From assembly GCF_009914755.1 (NCBI RefSeq), contig NC_060926.1: a stretch of DNA of 64,000 bases. The stretch is one strand, 5' to 3'. Source of the DNA: the human T2T-CHM13v2.0 reference genome, Homo sapiens. The notes beneath the pieces are model-generated. The model had not been told where the DNA came from, did not search any database, and was given only the letters and a program-made list of their open reading frames with translations. Positions 17,169-64,000 of the stretch are shown piece after piece (positions within the stretch are counted from its first letter, which is position 1; the number at the start of each line of letters is the position of its first letter). The position numbers and the translations under genes were made by a program.

Positions 17169-19839
17169 AGCCTCTGGAAAAAATGACGCATCTTGGTGGC
17201 GCAGCCTTAGGCTCTGGTGCAGAAGAAGAGAGAGGGAGAGGTGGAGGAGGGAGAGAGAGAGAGAGACCAAAGACTGGGCTGAATTCTACAAGCAGGCAAA
17301 ACAGCACATCTATCCATTCAAATCACCCTGGCCTAACTGTCTCCTGAAAAACGCAGCAGGTGCTATAACCACTAGGGATAGACTCTAGCTTGCTGTTCAT
17401 AAAAGGATTCTGTAAGGGAAACTTTGCTCTATAATTAACAGAGAGCCAGATATTACAGAAACTTTAGATTGTCTTGCTACTCACTGACCTTAAATATTAT
17501 CCTTTCTTTTGCAACTATCAATTCACTTAAAAGTTTTAATCATTGCATACCCTGTAAACTTCCTATAAACAATATGTTATTGCAAAATGTTTTAAAAGAT
17601 GTGAGAAAGTATCTGTGGAGTTTGGTATCAGAAAGGGCAGAGCCTTTGTTTTATCTAACGATTCTTTCCCAAACTGGGAAGTTCGGGTAGAGACAGTGGC
17701 TTTTGGTAATATTTAGGCAGTGATTTCGTATTCTTAAAATCAACAGTAATGAATAAAGTTTTGACATCAGAAATGTTTACAACTAAAGTAGACATTGATT
17801 ACATTCTTAGTACAATACAATTTTTAACATAACTACAAATGTGTATACACTTCAAATATTAGCAAATTGCTTCAAAATGAAATTCTAAGCAAGTTTTTGG
17901 TAATTTATTCACAGTTCAGGCTTACTCACTGGACTTAACGACATGAGGAAGAAATGACCAACTGGCTCAGTAAACTAAACATTCATTTCAAAAATCACAA
18001 AACTGAAACAAAGCAAAGATGATCCTAAAATTTCCACTTCTCAAGAAGTGTAATTTAAACAAATACCAAAAGCTTTATTTAAGCAAAAACACATTCAACC
18101 ACAGAACATTCAGAAAGCTAACAGGATCATTTCTACATTCATTCTGCAAACAGTGTAGTAAGAAAGGTAATTTGAGAATTTCCAAAGATGTTCTCGCTAG
18201 CCATTATTTATGGTAATTACATAACATTTTGATGTCAAGTTATTACAGACTTAAAAGTTAATATAGCATAATTTTACAATCGTACTTTCACTATGATTTT
18301 TATTTTAACCCTGGATATTATTGGTTTGAAGCTAATATTATCAGTCCTATTGGCTGTCACTGTCACAGATCTGAAGATATGTTTAAATTCATCAAGCTAG
18401 GAAGATATCAAAATATTAACAATCTTCAAGTATAGTGAGAAAAAAACTGATTTAAGTGTTAGCATTTCTAAACTTGAGACTCTAACAGTAAAAACAAAGT
18501 AATCTGAAACCTGTTTCCATGGGTAAAACACTCTGCCTGGTATTCTTGTACACAAAATTTACTAAATATGTGAATATCATAAAATGAAAATATCACTCCC
18601 TTCAATTTCTTTGGCCTTCACAAATTCAATGTGACTATGATCCTTTTCAATAATACTTTCAATGACATTGTGCTTCTTTAGAAAAATCACTTAAGTTGTA
18701 GCATACAATAGTTAACATTAGTTCTTTTATTGCTATGGTATATGCTAATTTTTTTAAAAGGGGAAAAAAAAACCCAGAGAACTTATTAAAATGTTTGTTA
18801 AAGCAAACATTTCAGTTGGTTTCCTTTCTTTGAAGAATAATAGAAATAAATGTCAGAGGAGTATTACTAAGGAGCCAAAACAAACAAACAAACAAAAAAA
18901 CAAAAAACTCCTTTATTACTCCCATCCTCAGAACTAACTCAAGACAAGAGATCTGTATTCAAAAAGATAAAACAATCTCATCTCAGTAACTACCTCCTAT
19001 GAAACCTAAGAGAGAAAACCTGTAATAGCTCTCTTAACCAACAGCCCCATCTGCACATCACCAAGCACCAGTTCCCTTTGGGTAGCAGTAATGCTTGTTT
19101 TTCATCTTTGCATATTAAGGACTGTTGTTAACAGATTTATGGGTCATTTGTAGCTTACTTTGCAAATACCTTTCACTTCTTATGAAACACAATATGCCCC
19201 CAAACATGGACCATTATTCAAGTAGACAAAATCACTCACTGACAGCACTTTAACAACCCGCCTCCACTCCATCTTCCCATTCTCTCACCCTATGCCTTCC
19301 AATGAACCTAGTCTTTGCTAGTGATGAGTCCATCTGGGGACAAATACTGCTTTAAAGATGATGTAATTTTCAATGCCAACCACAGTGACTTTCCCATAAT
19401 AGGTATTAATAAACACTTGTTGACATAGTTATAATAAGCTAAAAATAGTTAACATTAATTTTGCTCTTTATCTTTTATTCTTATGGCATAGAATTTATTT
19501 TAAAAGACTGAAAAACTGATTCCAATGTAATAATCACTTACTGGGCCACACGCTAGATGACAGACATGCCTCCCTGCCTAAAAAGGGCTCAAAGGAACTC
19601 TCAGTTATACATGAGTGAATTAAAACTTTAAATGTACTACAAGAAAGAACTTTTTATATGAAGGATTCTTTATGTAGAGTATCTTTTTTGAAAAATCAGA
19701 TTTTCTTATCCTATATTACACTGGTTTTAATTGGGCATGCTCACTTTAGTGGTGTGCCTCATTACAATGTCTCTTTTGTGTTAAGAATTAACTTACAAAA
19801 GCATTTAAAAATCACTACATCAAATGGGATAGAGAGTAA

Positions 19840-20469
<630 letters not shown>

Positions 20470-21651
20470 CAGAGAATCCATGTTTGTTTGGAAAATATCA
20501 CTTCTTTGTTCTTGATTTTGGTTTTTGATATTCAGTTTAGAACTTACCCTAGCTTTCAGTATATTTGTGTGTGTGTGTGTACACATGTGCTTTATAGAAA
20601 GACACACACAGAGGGAGACAGAGATTATGCAGACTAATGACTGACTTCACATATTAGTTTTAACTTAGAATGCTGAATCATACTTTAAACTATAAGAAAT
20701 GCTACAAACCCACACAAATTGTGTTTGTAAAACGTTAATATACAAAACATAAGAAATGACACTATACACACGCTAGCTGACTTACACAAAATAATCTTAG
20801 AAACAATTAAAGTAGATTAATATAGCTATAATAGCCATATATTATATATAATGTAAATAGTGACCCTATTTTATTCTTAAAAAGATCAGGTTTCTAGTCA
20901 CCATGTATGAAAGTCCTTCCAAATTACCTCAAAATATAACAAATCTTTCTCTAACCCTAAGACACAAGCAGAATTCTATGCTTCTCTGGCAACAACAATA
21001 ACTATTAGAAAATCTTAACCTCACCCAGAAGTTAAAACAAGAAAAGAAAGAAAAGAAAGGAAAAAACAGCTTACTTAAATAATTGTGCTAAATAGCTTAT
21101 CTTCACAATTTAAAAGTAAAAACCTTTGAAAAAGAAGGACTTCACCAAAAACAAACACACTCTCCTATAGCCCTGAAGATCTGGCCAGAAAAGCTCCATT
21201 AAGAAATTATTACTCACAATTTTGGGGGTATCAAATAATAACATTCTACTTTAAATATTTTAATCCAAATTGTCAACTTCCATTTCTGACACTTACAAGC
21301 TGAACATACCCCAATATCACTTTATTTATATCTTCTTTATTCCTAAATATATTTCAGGGGTAGAGCACAGAAAATACAGAAGAGGAAAAATACTTAGGAT
21401 ACAATACTAAATTTGGTGCCTATCAGTGTAAAGCATACATACCTTTTTCTGAGCTTAGCCTACCACATATACTTAGAGTGAAATGATGAGGTCAGCGACC
21501 TGCAAATCTTCCAAACAATTGCAAGTAACTTCCAAACTGGCACTAAGGGACTAGTTTTATGCAACAATGTAATGAAGGAAAGTTAAAATTAACTACAGGA
21601 AATTCTTCCTCGTGACAAAGTTGAAGAGAATACTGAATATATCAATATTAA

Positions 21652-21657
21652 TTTAAT
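21652..21657 (-). terminator. Candidate proximal poly(A) signal ATTAAA, ~0.9 kb after the stop
   Basis: Plus-strand tttaat. It would give a short-UTR mRNA, consistent with short and long GFPT1 transcripts as recalled (not verified). Confidence 0.45.
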
Positions 21658-22552
21658 AGCAGCTCTGTGTTGTGATTTTAAAGAACAAGATAAAATATGT
21701 CATTCAGCAGTCATTTAAAAAATAAAAGACTACAGATACAAGGAAATAAAAAACACTTTTAGGAGATGAAAACACAAAGTAGTAGGATACCCAACATGTA
21801 CACATCCCATCTTCAAATTTAAAATCATATTGTCAGTTGTCCAAAGCAGCTTGAATTTAAAGTTTGTGCTATAAAATTGTGCAAATATGTTAAGGATTGA
21901 GACCCACCAATGCACTACTGTAATATTTCGCTTCCTAAATTTCTTCCACCTACAGATAATAGACAACAAGTCTGAGAAACTAAGGCTAACCAAACTTAGA
22001 TATAAATCCTACCAATAAAATTTTTCAGTTTTAAGTTTTACAGTTTGATTTAAAAACAAAACAGAAACAAATTTCAAAATAAATCACATCTTCTCTTAAA
22101 ACTTGGCAAACCCTTCCCTAACTGTCCAAGTATGAGCATACACTGCCACTGGCTTTAGATACTCCAATTAAATGCACTACTCTTTCACTGGTCTGAATGA
22201 AGTATGGTGAAACAAGTACCAATTTTTAGAAACATATTGTCTTCTCAGATTGAAGTGGAGGGTCCAGAAATGCAACACCCAGCATTCTTTAAAGAAAATA
22301 ATAGCTAGAATCTTTCTGATACAGATTCCAATATAGATTCCATTATTCAAAGTCCTCCACAAATTACTGGGAAAATGTAAGAGGTAACTTCACAAAAATC
22401 ACATATTGAGTGGAATAATTATAACTGATATATAAATAAGGATTTACTAAAAAAAGGCTTCAAGGGGTGATATTTTAAATCAAGGTTTTAAATACAAAAG
22501 GTGTCTTGTGTTGCTTAATCATACAGTTTCGTACATTTTGTATAGATATTCC

Positions 22553-60023
<37,471 letters not shown>

Positions 60024-60151
60024 CTGAAGAATATGAAAAGAAAAATTTCAATATTAAATCATGCTGCAGAGATAATGCTATAAGCTATATTTAAATACAA
60101 TTATTACAATGCTGCTCTCTTGGAATATACAATCACTGAAACTAAAGATCA

Positions 60152-64000
<3,849 letters not shown>

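Noticed and set aside
17908-17915. miR-27 8-mer-like site (ACUGUGAA) in the 3'UTR
   Set aside because: Single seed matches to some miRNA are expected by chance in 6.4 kb; conservation cannot be assessed here

Overview
Human-type (primate) genomic DNA. Most of the window is the minus-strand GFPT1 gene (glutamine-fructose-6-phosphate transaminase 1, GFAT1). I read 17 coding exons (exons 4-20 of the 20-exon long isoform) directly from the sequence. All have GT-AG boundaries and join into one frame of 1877 nt, from [11 protein letters not shown]... to ...RNLAKSVTVE*. They include the 54-nt muscle-specific cassette exon at 50620-50673. Exons 1-3 and the promoter lie beyond position 64000. A ~6.4-kb 3'UTR probably runs to ~16140 and contains an inverted Alu pair and a candidate proximal poly(A) signal. 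Positions 1-16000 are intergenic, with an orphan CpG-rich island (~2.8-4.1 kb) and old LTR, L1 and Tigger repeats. Introns carry about 50 Alus, a MER85 piggyBac MITE and a 510-bp retroposed mRNA 3' end with an 18-bp target-site duplication. I found no new protein-coding system. The best leads are RNA-processing features: a candidate recursive-splicing exon 15, an RBFOX/QKI/MBNL motif cluster at exon 9, and alternative polyadenylation that could switch the 3'UTR Alu duplex on or off. Exon coordinates are exact as read; repeat boundaries and subfamily calls are approximate and made by eye.
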